Below, in pieces: positions 40,127 through 49,762 of a stretch of 64,000 nt of DNA. The notes beneath the pieces were generated by a model. That model did no database searches. It was given only the letters and a program-made list of their open reading frames with translations, and had not been told where the DNA came from. Position numbers and translations under genes: made by a program. Source of the DNA: Candidatus Xenobia bacterium (GTDB lineage Bacteria; Vulcanimicrobiota; Xenobia; Xenobiales; QWHO01); contig BTUM01000001.1 in the NCBI GenBank assembly GCA_045863235.1, forward strand, positions 32,001 through 96,000. The letters run 5' to 3'. How positions within the stretch are numbered: the first letter of the stretch is position 1; every line of letters begins with the position of its first letter.

Positions 40127-41846
40127 GTGCGCCAGGCATGGCGCGAAGCGACAGGCGTGGCGCACAAACGCCAGCCTGAAGCGAGGAACCCGCCTCTACT
40201 AGACGCGTGCGTTGAACGATTCGGAGTTCCAAGCGTTCGCGGGATAACCGGCGAGCGAAAGCGGACCGGGAAGTGACTTGGAGGTGAAAGTCCTCTGGGG
40301 GCCCTGATGACCGGGAACCCCTAGCCGAACAGCAACTGCGTCGCCGTGAGGCGGGGTGGGAAGGAAGCTGTAAGCAAAGCTCCGGCCTGAGGAACACGAA
40401 CTGCATACGAGGCGTCGACCTGGTGGGCGAGAAGGCGAACTGATTCGAAGCCCAATGGTCATTCGGACCAGGCCGACGTATATGCAGCGGGTAGATGGAG
40501 CGAAGGTCACGCGCCTTACCCTGGGAGAGCTGTCGATCTGCCTCCAGGCAGGCGCCGTCGAAAGACGGCGTAACGGTCAACAGCAGTCAGCATAGGCCAT
40601 ATTAAGCCACCGGTGCGGTGGTGAAGGGCCGAACACCAGAATCAACCGGTGCCAATAGCTCACGTAGAGTGGAGAAGCAGAAAACGGCATGAGATGGTCG
40701 TCTGTGGGATGGAGAGTAGGGTCGGAAACCCGATGGCCGCCCACAGCGCAGCAAGCTCACGCGGCGCTAAAAGGGGCAACACCGGGGAGAGACGATGCAA
40801 CTAGAACTGTTTGATGCAATCCCGGCCTGGCCGGGCACAAGCATCATCGAGAGGATGGTGCGCCCTGACAACATGCTCAAGGCGTATCAGCGAGTGAAAC
40901 GCAACGGCGGGGCACCGGGCGTAGATGGGAAGACCATCGAAGAGCTCGGTGAGAACCTTGGCGTTGCGCTGACGTCCGTTAGTCGAGAGATTGCGGCCGG
41001 GACCTATCAACCTCAGCCTGTACGGACGGTGGAAATCCCGAAGGCAAGCGGAGGTGTGCGCAAATTGGGAATCCCGACGGTTCTGGACCGCGTTGTCCAG
41101 GAAGCTCTGCTCCAAATGCTGACGCCCGTATTCGACCCGGAGTTCTCAAAATCGAGCTTCGGTTTTCGTCCCGGACTAGGCACCCACGATGCAGTCAATC
41201 CCCCATCCATCATTCCCGCGTTCAGGCGCCTCTTTGTCCTCGATACGGCGAGCCAAGTAGCCAGCCCATCCCCGGACTTTCGGGGCGAGTTGCTCTAAGG
41301 TTCGTGCGATGTTCCGTCCCCGTCCCGGTCTCAGTATCAGTCGGGCCTTGGCTCTCAGTCGCTTTTCCCTGTCGGGTGCAATTCTGAGAGGGGCCTTTCT
41401 CTCCGCTGTGACCGAGTAGCCTAGAAACTGCCGTCGCCAAGGCCTGTCTACCGCGCTCTTCTGCTGATTCACGCTGAGCCGTAGCCTGTGGGTAAGAAAG
41501 CGGGTTATCGAGGTCATCAACCGCTGACCGGCACGCTTGGACCGAACGTAGATGTTGCAGTCATCTGCGTAGCGACAGACCTGGACCCCCAACGGGCAGC
41601 TCTATCAGCCGGGAACGGGCGAGGCCCCTGGTGGAACGCAGGAGCCTCACATATGAACCAGGTGATATCGACTCGCTATTTGCGAACCCTTGGCTACGTC
41701 AGCCTCCTCGAAGAGTTGCAGAGACTCAAGTGTTCTGCAAGGTAACGCTTGGCGAGAGGATGCCCCTCTCGTGTGAACCGCCGTATAGGGAACCCTACGT
41801 ACGGTGGTGTGGGAGGTCGGTAGGGTAACCTACCGGCCTACCCGTT
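40127..41846 (+). mobile_element. class C (IIC) group II intron
   Basis: 5' GTGCG right after a terminator; domain V GAACCGCCGTATAGGGAACCCTACGTACGGTGGTGT with CGC triad; domain VI ending CTACCCGTT. Confidence 0.92.
40795..41745 (+). pseudogene. fragmented, partly inverted group II intron reverse transcriptase/maturase
   Basis: Plus strand has APGVDG, IPK..GG.R.LGIP, GFRPG, then breaks; YADD-to-thumb is on the minus strand; C-terminal GRGPWW is back on plus. Confidence 0.9.
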
Positions 41847-42173
41847 TGCGGCCCCGGTTGCGTGCCCTGGAAATGACAGCGAGCAGGGCAGGAAGTACCC
41901 ATGCGAACGGTGAAGGAGATCAGGCCTCGGTTTGAGGGAAAATCAAGCTCGGGACTGTTCGATTCCAGGGTCACGTTGCACCAGAACGTTGACAAGCCTG
42001 GATTTTGGCGTGTTCAGAGGGTGGGACTTTCTTCAAGCGTGCGGGGGAAGACTGCTCTTGGACGGGTTCCGGTCCTGCTGGCGTCTTGCGAGGAAACTTC
42101 AGACACTCGAAAGGCAGGCTGGCTGGCCCCTGTTCTAAGGTAGTCAAAGACTATGAGTGGAGGGCCAACGTCC

Positions 42174-44861
42174 ATGAGACGTCAGCTATGTGGGCTGGTA
42201 GCGCTTTTGTCGCTGACAGCGCCGGCACTGTCTGCGCCTTTGTTCCCGGACGTGCCCGATAATCACTGGGCCAAAGACGCCGTGGCAGCACTGGCGGCCA
42301 AAGGTCTGGTGGAAGGGTATCCCGACGGGACATTCAAAGGTGATCGGGCTGCTTCTCGATGGGAAGTGGCGATGATCGTTGCCCGGCTCCTGGCCAAGAT
42401 GGAGCAAGAGCACGCGACCTTCGCGACCAAGGCTGAGCTGGATGAGCTTCGCAAACTGGTCGAGGCGCTGAGAGAAGAGTTGACCGCTCTCGGCGTGCGG
42501 GTCACGAATCTGGAAGAGAACGTGGAGCGCCTCGACAAGCGGGTCACCGAGCTCGAGCGGATCACGTTCTATGGTGAGATCAATACGCGGGTGGTGGCGC
42601 AGCAGTTTTGGAATACGGGCTCCGGTGGGCAGTTCAGTACCGCCCCCGGAACAACGGTTCCGACTCTGAACTACCAACAGGCTGTTGGGGCCGCTACCGG
42701 TGCTGGCGGTGTCATTCCGGCGGGCAATTTGGCCGCCGGTTTGCCTTTCAACCCCTTCATCTTTGGTGTGTTGACCGCGACTGATTGGCGAGGGGGTCGT
42801 CCCTTTGTCACCGGTACGGGTTTCTCGACTGCGGCATTGCTTGGAGTGCGCGTCAAAGTCAGTGATGACATTGACGCAAACGCCGAGTTCGTAGCCTACA
42901 GCAGCCAGGGTGACCAGGCGGTCGATGCTTACTATGGTGTAACCGCACCCTATTTGTCCAACGCCTTCAATGGGAATACGACTGCCTCCAATGGTACGGT
43001 CGGTCTCCAGTCGGCGAACCAGACTCCGTATACTCGGATGACCCTGGATAATCTGTGGTTGCGGCATAACCCGAGCAAAACCGAGCTGCGCCTTGGGGCT
43101 CTCAAGGACACTCGGTATGACTCGATCACCTATGTCCAACAGCTGAATCCCAACTATTACGGACCGAAGTTCCTGAATGGCTTTGGGATGCAGGTGCGGG
43201 GCGACGTGGCCCTGGATGAGGAAGAGGACATCATCCTCAAGTGGGAAGCGATGGGCACCCGCGTTGCCGATGGTAACGCTGGTATCAATCCGTTGTTTGC
43301 CCCCATCGTCAATCCTGGGACTGTCGGGCAGGGCTACTTCACCCATGCAGAAGGTGGCAACGTTGCTGTCGCCTTTGATGAGGACCGGGGAATCGGCCGG
43401 ATCAATTTCCTGCACATCGCCAACGAGGCGTCTGGTGGCGCGGCACTGCAGGTTGGATTGATTCAGGTTCCCAACTTTACCTTGAACTGGGTGAATCCGA
43501 GCGGGTTCTATGTCAATCAGCTCGGGGGCGCAGCCAATCAGAACGTATCCGGTATTGGTAGCGTGACAGACATCAGACCGATCCCGGGGATCAACCTCCC
43601 CGGTTTGCGGCCGGATGGTTCGATCGCCGCATTTGCTGCCCTGGGCCTGCCGATTGCCGGCATACCCAACGTGGGTGCTCTCGGTCCTCAGGACCAGACG
43701 AGTTACGGTCTGACGTTCAACTACACCTTCGATCACGAGTACGTGCCGTGGATTCGGGCCGAGTATTCTCATAGCGACTACAAGCCGCAGAAGAATTCGA
43801 CCTTTAAGGCCAGCGGCAATGCCTTTCGAGTAGGGGTGGGTGCCTCGTTCCTCGACGAGTCGCTCGATGTTGAAGCGAACTACCTCTCCGTTGACGCCCG
43901 TTACGACCCGTTCATCATCCAGATTCCCCAGGTTGAGGGAATCTCGACGCCCCTGTGGCGCTCGCCTGACTTCAACTACTTCAACAGCATGTACTCGTTG
44001 CATGACACCCAGGTCTACCCACACAACCGCGAGGGAATTCGGGCAGCGCTGACCTGGCGCTTCCTGCCGACCGGCCGGATTAGCCTGGACTATGGGAACT
44101 TGACCCAGAAGCAGTCCTCACTGCAGGATGTTCGGTTCTCGGCCGGGTCCATTGCTCCCGGTACCCCCAATGTCAATGTTCTCGGTTACACACCCGGGTT
44201 CATTGAGCCGGTTTTCGGTGGTTACCATCCGCTGACGTTCGCGCCGGCAGGTGGCAACGCGCTCGCGACGCCCCTCGAGGACAACAAGGGCAAGATGGAG
44301 CACTTTGGTATCGTCGGCGGTTACAAGTATCTGTTCGATGAGGAGAACTCCAATCGTGGCGTTCTTTTCTCGGGCGGGTTCCGTAACTACAACTGGTTCC
44401 GTAACTCCAGCATGTCCACGATCCTGGGTGGCGCTGCCGGCCTGGCTGCTGAGAATCAGAACTTTGTGGACGTCACCAATCGTGGTTATCGCCTTGCGGT
44501 CGACTATGACGTGACCGAGGACTTCACCGCCGGTGTCGGCTTTACCAATGTCGACATCTTCGGTCACCTCGATCCTCTTGGTGTCTACAACGGTTTTGCC
44601 GCAGCCTCCGGGAACTCTCGTTACACCATCATCGATATCAACCAGAAGTATCCGGACCTCCGGCTGGTCTGGAATATCGAGGAGAACATGACCTGGGGTC
44701 TGGATGCGCGCTACGTCTGGATGCAGGATAACGTGGACCCGCGCGTGTTTGCGAGTCCGGGCAATCCCAACGCCAACATTGCGTTCGGTCCTCAGTTTGG
44801 GACTCACCCTTACAGTTGGAACGGGTTCCAGATCTCTTCCTCGTTTAGCTTCAAGTTCTAA
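42174..44861 (+). CDS. SLH-domain / coiled-coil / beta-barrel outer-membrane protein, paralogue 2
   Basis: Signal peptide; SLH/stalk nearly identical to paralogue 1; C-terminal SFKF. Confidence 0.9.
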   Translation: MRRQLCGLVALLSLTAPALSAPLFPDVPDNHWAKDAVAALAAKGLVEGYPDGTFKGDRAASRWEVAMIVARLLAKMEQEHATFATKAELDELRKLVEALREELTALGVRVTNLEENVERLDKRVTELERITFYGEINTRVVAQQFWNTGSGGQFSTAPGTTVPTLNYQQAVGAATGAGGVIPAGNLAAGLPFNPFIFGVLTATDWRGGRPFVTGTGFSTAALLGVRVKVSDDIDANAEFVAYSSQGDQAVDAYYGVTAPYLSNAFNGNTTASNGTVGLQSANQTPYTRMTLDNLWLRHNPSKTELRLGALKDTRYDSITYVQQLNPNYYGPKFLNGFGMQVRGDVALDEEEDIILKWEAMGTRVADGNAGINPLFAPIVNPGTVGQGYFTHAEGGNVAVAFDEDRGIGRINFLHIANEASGGAALQVGLIQVPNFTLNWVNPSGFYVNQLGGAANQNVSGIGSVTDIRPIPGINLPGLRPDGSIAAFAALGLPIAGIPNVGALGPQDQTSYGLTFNYTFDHEYVPWIRAEYSHSDYKPQKNSTFKASGNAFRVGVGASFLDESLDVEANYLSVDARYDPFIIQIPQVEGISTPLWRSPDFNYFNSMYSLHDTQVYPHNREGIRAALTWRFLPTGRISLDYGNLTQKQSSLQDVRFSAGSIAPGTPNVNVLGYTPGFIEPVFGGYHPLTFAPAGGNALATPLEDNKGKMEHFGIVGGYKYLFDEENSNRGVLFSGGFRNYNWFRNSSMSTILGGAAGLAAENQNFVDVTNRGYRLAVDYDVTEDFTAGVGFTNVDIFGHLDPLGVYNGFAAASGNSRYTIIDINQKYPDLRLVWNIEENMTWGLDARYVWMQDNVDPRVFASPGNPNANIAFGPQFGTHPYSWNGFQISSSFSFKF

Positions 44862-44885
44862 GTCAAGAACTCGTCGCGGCGAGAC

Positions 44886-44920
44886 AAAGAAGGCCTCCGC
44901 ACGAAGCGGAGGCCTTCTTT
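44886..44920 (+). terminator. intrinsic terminator
   Basis: AAAGAAGGCCTCCGC / GCGGAGGCCTTCTTT perfect stem. Confidence 0.85.
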
Positions 44921-44930
44921 CATGAGAGGG

Positions 44931-44971
44931 AAAAAAGATGGCCGTCGTTCAACGAACGACGGCCATCTTTT
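44931..44971 (-). terminator. intrinsic terminator for the convergent gene
   Basis: AAAAGATGGCCGTCGTT / AACGACGGCCATCTTTT perfect stem with A-tract. Confidence 0.85.
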
Positions 44972-44992
44972 GTGCGCCAAGCCGGTTGAGAA

Positions 44993-45748
44993 TCAGCGAA
45001 TGATGAACTGCTCTTCGGGTCCGGAGAAACCGCCGCCGCTGCCTCCGCTGGCCTCGAGCAAGACCACGTTGACCCGAATTCGGGTGGAGACGGTGGTGCC
45101 GGGAGCCGTGATCTCGGTGCTGGTCTCGACCTTGGAGGCCACCAGACGCCCCTGGCGGTATCCAAAGTTGGTTGTACCAGTGGCGTTGATCTTCTGCTCA
45201 ACTCCCTCTTGCAACTGGATGGTCGTGGATGGGCAGGAAACCTTGATGACGGCCGTGTCATATCCGCTGACGTGCTCGAAGCCGCCCAGCGTATAGGTAT
45301 AATGGAGTGTCACGTCCTTTTTCCCCGCCGGGTTCCCCTCGTTGTCGTAGAGGGGAATCTCCATCTTGCTTTCGCCCGTCCAGTTGTCATTGACTTTCAG
45401 CTGGTTCTCGGGGAAGGCTGGCTGTGAGAAGGGGAACTCGACGCTGGTGCGCACGATATCCCCATTCTTCTTCATGACAATCTGGATCGTCTGGCCCACT
45501 GAGGGCAACGGGGCGGTCTGATTGTCCTTGCTGATGGTGCCTTCTTGAATCGTGACATCCACGGTCATGAGGCCGTCCGGCGAAACGCCTTTAACGGCCT
45601 GAATCATCGTCATCTCGAGCACCGAGCGGCCTGATTCGGGAGGCTTGCCGTCTTCCTTGATCGTCTGCTCGGAGATGACCTCCGTCTTATAACGGAGCGT
45701 CTCTCCTTCAAGCATTTTGTATTCTAGCGTGATGGTCTCACCGACCAT
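44993..45748 (-). CDS. hypothetical beta-rich protein
   Basis: GGGAGG RBS; 'LEYK..EGETLRYKT', 'LKVNDNW', 'GRLVASKVE' recall DUF6263-like proteins. Confidence 0.7.
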   Translation of the reverse strand: MVGETITLEYKMLEGETLRYKTEVISEQTIKEDGKPPESGRSVLEMTMIQAVKGVSPDGLMTVDVTIQEGTISKDNQTAPLPSVGQTIQIVMKKNGDIVRTSVEFPFSQPAFPENQLKVNDNWTGESKMEIPLYDNEGNPAGKKDVTLHYTYTLGGFEHVSGYDTAVIKVSCPSTTIQLQEGVEQKINATGTTNFGYRQGRLVASKVETSTEITAPGTTVSTRIRVNVVLLEASGGSGGGFSGPEEQFIIR

Positions 45749-46014
45749 GTCATACCTCCCTTTTGAACGCCCAAATGGCGCAGTTTACCGCAAAGTCGGC
45801 TCTATGTTCTCGTTGCTGCTTCTTTCTCCTTTGAGTCTCTGGCTCACCGGCTCAAGAGGATTCGGTCGCGCACGAGAGTAAACTACTGCCCGGGTTGACC
45901 CTGCGGCAAACTTGCCAGGGCGAAGGCCGCAGCGAAACGCGCGCCGAGCAAGTGGCAGTGAGGTTGACCGGGCCGCGCCGGACGCGGTTAAGAACCTCAC
46001 GAAGACGAGGCTCC

Positions 46015-46611
46015 TTGAGCGATTCCGAAGTTCAACTCGTGGAGAGATGCCTGGCGGGCGAGCAGTCGGCCTGGGAGGAGCTGTACCGAGCCTATCAGGG
46101 TCGGGTGCGCCAGATCATCGGTTGGAAGCGCTGGGGTTTCTCTGCCATCGAGGTGGAGGACGGCGTCCAGGAGGTTTTTCTGGAGCTGATACGGTCACTG
46201 CCACGGTTTCGTGGCGAGGCCACTCTCTCGACCTATCTGACCCGGTTGGCGCGCAATCGTTGCATCTCCCACCTGCGTCGCAAAACAGCTCTGAAGCGTG
46301 GGAAAGAGGAGCTCGGATACGCTCTCGAGGAGCGGCACAGCGACGAGGATACTCCCACGGCGCTGGCCATCGAGGAGGGCATGGGACCTGAAGAGGCACT
46401 GATTTCTAAAGAATCGGCCGGCCACGTGGGCCGGGCGCTGGCAGCACTGGGCGGTGAGTGTCGCGAGATCCTTCGTCTGCGCTACTACCGCCAATTGTCT
46501 TATACTGAGATCTGCGCCTCGCTCGATCTGCCACTGGGAACGGTCTGCTCGCGTCTCAAGCGTTGCCTTGGGAAGCTCAAGAATCTGCTCGAGGAGAAGG
46601 AACGAGTTTGA
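46015..46611 (+). CDS. ECF sigma-70 factor
   Basis: 'EDGVQEVFL...FRGEATLSTYLTRLARNRC', 'LSYTEI...LPLGTVCSRL'; TTG start after GAGG. Confidence 0.92.
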   Translation: MSDSEVQLVERCLAGEQSAWEELYRAYQGRVRQIIGWKRWGFSAIEVEDGVQEVFLELIRSLPRFRGEATLSTYLTRLARNRCISHLRRKTALKRGKEELGYALEERHSDEDTPTALAIEEGMGPEEALISKESAGHVGRALAALGGECREILRLRYYRQLSYTEICASLDLPLGTVCSRLKRCLGKLKNLLEEKERV

Positions 46612-46733
46612 GGCTCATGCACTGGTGGTTGAAGCCGTGATGGGGTTGTTTTTCCTGGCGGAGGACGAGATCTTGCCAGCCGGGGAATTTTTTCCTGGCC
46701 GGTTGCGACAGAACTCACAATCAACTTGCTCAG

Positions 46734-48590
46734 GTGACCGACGTGAATTGTGATCGCCCCGACATAGCCGAGAAACTGGTACCGTACGTGGAGGGTGCCC
46801 TGGGGGAGCCCGACCGCACCGAGGTCGCGGGTCACCTTCGACGCTGCGTTGGTTGTCAGGACGACGCTCGCCAGGTAAAAGAGTCAATTTTGACTTTGAA
46901 GGCAGCCGTTCGGACGGGAGTCTGGAAAGAGCCTCGCGAGCACACCTCCAGCGAATGGCTGGCGATGCACTTTGAGGACGAGAGGGCCCGGGAGGCGGGC
47001 TTTCTGCCGTCCTCCGGCCTGACAGAGGAGCAGACTCGCCAGGTGCGGGTGCATCTTGCTGAGTGCCAGGAGTGTCGCGAAGAGCTTGTCATGCTGCGAG
47101 AGCTAGCGTCCGAGTCCATCGTGGAGGCAGCTACGGCCCACCAGCCGCTCCCCCGCGCCCTTCGGCTCGAGATTGAGCGGCTGTATCCCATCCAGAACCA
47201 GACCGAGCGCCCGGTTGCCGAGCGAACGCTAGGCCTGGCTGATCGACTCATGGCCTGGATCAACCCCAAGAGCCTGGTGATGGCCTCTCTTTGCATTGTT
47301 GCGCTCACCTTCAGCTACTCGCTGACGCGGGGAACCGATAGCCCGGAACTGGCCAAGAATCCTACCGCTTCTTCCAGCGAGGTGGCTCTGCTCGATCGCG
47401 AGACCGCTCGCGAGACCGCTCAAATTGCCCCGCCTGACCTGGGGTCGACCACGGCCCAGTCCCAGAAGAAGGAGAAGGATGAGAGCGGACCGCAGAAGGC
47501 ACCTCCCCCCGCAATGAAGACAAGGCCCGATCGCTCTCCCCCCGCCCGCGACGAAAAGCTCGCGGTTGCAGGTGGTCCGCCAGGCGAGAGAGGGGCTGCC
47601 GGGGATTCGACTTCCACCAATGTGGACCGCGCCCGGCCTCAGTCCGCTCAACCCGTTCGCACCGCCTCGACCGCGGCCGCTCCGCGCCCCGCTCCCACCA
47701 CGGCTGGGATCGCGAAGCCCGCTCCCGTGAAGCTGGCTCAGGCTCAGAAGCAGAAGCCTGTCGCGGTGAGGCCAGCCGGCCAGGATCAGGTCCAGAGACC
47801 TGTTGCCGTGGCCGTGAAGCCGGCAGCCGAGCCGGTGGGGGAGCCCACCCCCACTCCCTCCCCCATGGTTGCCATGAATGGGCAGGAAGCTACCAATGCA
47901 CCCGCTGCCGCGGCCAAAGATGAAGGCAAGATCCAGGGCTCGGAGACGGCCGAGCCGGTCGTCGTGGCCGCTGGACCCGTCACGGGTCCGGTTCCCAATG
48001 CCGTGACCGATATGCGCGAAGAGAGCCAGGTCGCCACTCAATCCGAGGGCACCAAACAGGCGGCCCTGCCTCCCGCAGCTGGTGCCCCGGCTATGGGCCG
48101 GGTTTCCGTCCCGGCGGCCTCGACCTCCAGCGCTCCCTCGGCAACCCGCACGAACACGAACAGTGTTCCGGCCTCGAGACGAACCACCGGTGTCGTCAAG
48201 CCGCCCGCCCCCGCAACCGTTCCGGTGCGCTCACTTCCGGATGATAAGGCTGCTGGTTACTCGGTAGCCACCACCGCGCCCAATCAGTCGATTCAGAAGA
48301 CCCCGGCGGACGTTGCCCGTAAGCAAAGCATGAGCCGGAGCGTGGACGGCCTGGCCAGCGAGCAGGTCGCCCTGAGCCGTCAGGCCGCCCTGGGTCCCAA
48401 AGCGCGCTCTGTCGCTCGGCAGATTTCGGCCAATGCTTCGGTGCTGGTGGAAGAGCGCCCGGACGGCTCGGTAACCGTCACCGTCCGCCCGGATCGACCT
48501 TTGAATGCTGAGGAGAAGGACAAACTGCGTCGCCTTCTGCGCAACGAGTTGAATCTGGGCGAGGCCGACACCATCAGCATTCGCCAGTGA
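46734..48590 (+). CDS. zinc-finger (ZAS) anti-sigma factor with long extracytoplasmic tail
   Basis: HLRRCVGC and HLAECQEC motifs, one TM segment, directly downstream of the ECF sigma. Confidence 0.85.
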   Translation: MTDVNCDRPDIAEKLVPYVEGALGEPDRTEVAGHLRRCVGCQDDARQVKESILTLKAAVRTGVWKEPREHTSSEWLAMHFEDERAREAGFLPSSGLTEEQTRQVRVHLAECQECREELVMLRELASESIVEAATAHQPLPRALRLEIERLYPIQNQTERPVAERTLGLADRLMAWINPKSLVMASLCIVALTFSYSLTRGTDSPELAKNPTASSSEVALLDRETARETAQIAPPDLGSTTAQSQKKEKDESGPQKAPPPAMKTRPDRSPPARDEKLAVAGGPPGERGAAGDSTSTNVDRARPQSAQPVRTASTAAAPRPAPTTAGIAKPAPVKLAQAQKQKPVAVRPAGQDQVQRPVAVAVKPAAEPVGEPTPTPSPMVAMNGQEATNAPAAAAKDEGKIQGSETAEPVVVAAGPVTGPVPNAVTDMREESQVATQSEGTKQAALPPAAGAPAMGRVSVPAASTSSAPSATRTNTNSVPASRRTTGVVKPPAPATVPVRSLPDDKAAGYSVATTAPNQSIQKTPADVARKQSMSRSVDGLASEQVALSRQAALGPKARSVARQISANASVLVEERPDGSVTVTVRPDRPLNAEEKDKLRRLLRNELNLGEADTISIRQ

Positions 48591-49504
48591 GCTCCGCACT
48601 GGGCCAGCCCGTGCTGGAAGTAAGCAACCTCACCCGTGCCACCTTTCAGCGCGGCACCAGTATATCGTTTCGGCTCTTTCCGGGAGAAGTCATCGGGATC
48701 ATCGGTCCCAATGACTCAGGGAAGTCCGAGTTGATGCTCGCTCTGGCCGGATTGACTCGGCCCGAAGCCGGGACGATCTTGCTCAGGGGACGTCCGGTTG
48801 GTAAACAAACTCGCCATCGGATCGGCTTCGTGGGTGCTTCGCCTGGCGTCTATGAAGAGTTCAGTTGTGTGGAGTATCTGGAGTTCTTCGCCGAGAGCTT
48901 CAAGCTGGATACTCATTATCGCCCCTACCTGATTCAAGAAGCCTTGCGACTTTGCCGTCTGCAAGCTGCGGCTCACAAGCCCGTGCGCGATTTGAGCTAC
49001 GCCCTGCGGCGTCGTTTGAGCCTGGCCAGGGCGGTTCTGCACAATCCGGCCCTGGTGGTGGTGGACGATTGCTTGACTCGCCTGGAGCGCAATGAAGTAC
49101 GAGAGATGGTTGGGGTGCTCTCCGAGATTCGGGCTCAGGGTAAGGTCTTGGCCCTCAGTTCTCCCCAACTCTCTGAGCTTGCCACCCTCTGCTCGCATCT
49201 GTGCATTCTGGTTACGAATCGCCCCCTGGCTTGCGGCGAGATTCGGTCGCTGATGCAGCAGATTACGAACTACCGGATGATGCAGGTACAGTTTCTGCAA
49301 GGTCTGGCTGAGGCCGTCCGCCACCTGGAGACCTACCCGGGGGTTTTTCACCTGGCGGTTTCCACCCAGACCCATCATCTGGTGCGCTTTTTGTTCAACG
49401 GAGATGACGACGCGTTCCAGAAGCTTTTGGATATGCTCAGTATGAACGGCATTCACGTCGTATCCTACGCTGAGGATCACTCCTTTCTCGGCAAGATGCC
49501 CTGA
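48587..49504 (+). CDS. ABC transporter ATP-binding protein with degenerate motifs
   Basis: Walker A GPNDSGKS; ABC-2 ATPase-like layout. Confidence 0.8.
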   Translation: MSSALGQPVLEVSNLTRATFQRGTSISFRLFPGEVIGIIGPNDSGKSELMLALAGLTRPEAGTILLRGRPVGKQTRHRIGFVGASPGVYEEFSCVEYLEFFAESFKLDTHYRPYLIQEALRLCRLQAAAHKPVRDLSYALRRRLSLARAVLHNPALVVVDDCLTRLERNEVREMVGVLSEIRAQGKVLALSSPQLSELATLCSHLCILVTNRPLACGEIRSLMQQITNYRMMQVQFLQGLAEAVRHLETYPGVFHLAVSTQTHHLVRFLFNGDDDAFQKLLDMLSMNGIHVVSYAEDHSFLGKMP

Positions 49505-49762
49505 CGGAAGGCACACTGGTGTTCGTTTTTGGGGCCAAAAGTGGGAGGAGATTTCATTATCCTGTTGAAAAGCTTGCGCATTTGGGGGAAGAATGGAGAT
49601 GTCGTTTGTAGTGGTGTCGGTGAGAAGAAGCCCGACACGACGGCAAACGGGCACTCAGAAGGAAGATTTGTTTGGAGTTCGGAAGGAGGTGTCGGGCGAG
49701 CGGCGTAGTGCGTTCCGCTCGGAAGTTTTTGTCAATAATGGGAAAGCGAGGGTAACGTTCCG

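Noticed and set aside
37272..40580. 1102-aa minus-strand ORF
   Set aside because: Antisense shadow of the codon-biased SLH-porin gene and the intron 5' end; no protein motifs.
40795..41745. RT as part of a DGR, retron or CRISPR-RT system
   Set aside because: Flanked by group II intron ends with domains V and VI; no TR/VR pair, msr-msd or cas genes seen.
49519..49529. GTGTTCGTTTT shared with 21623-21633 as a regulator site
   Set aside because: Only two copies, with no consistent palindrome or recognisable LexA spacing.
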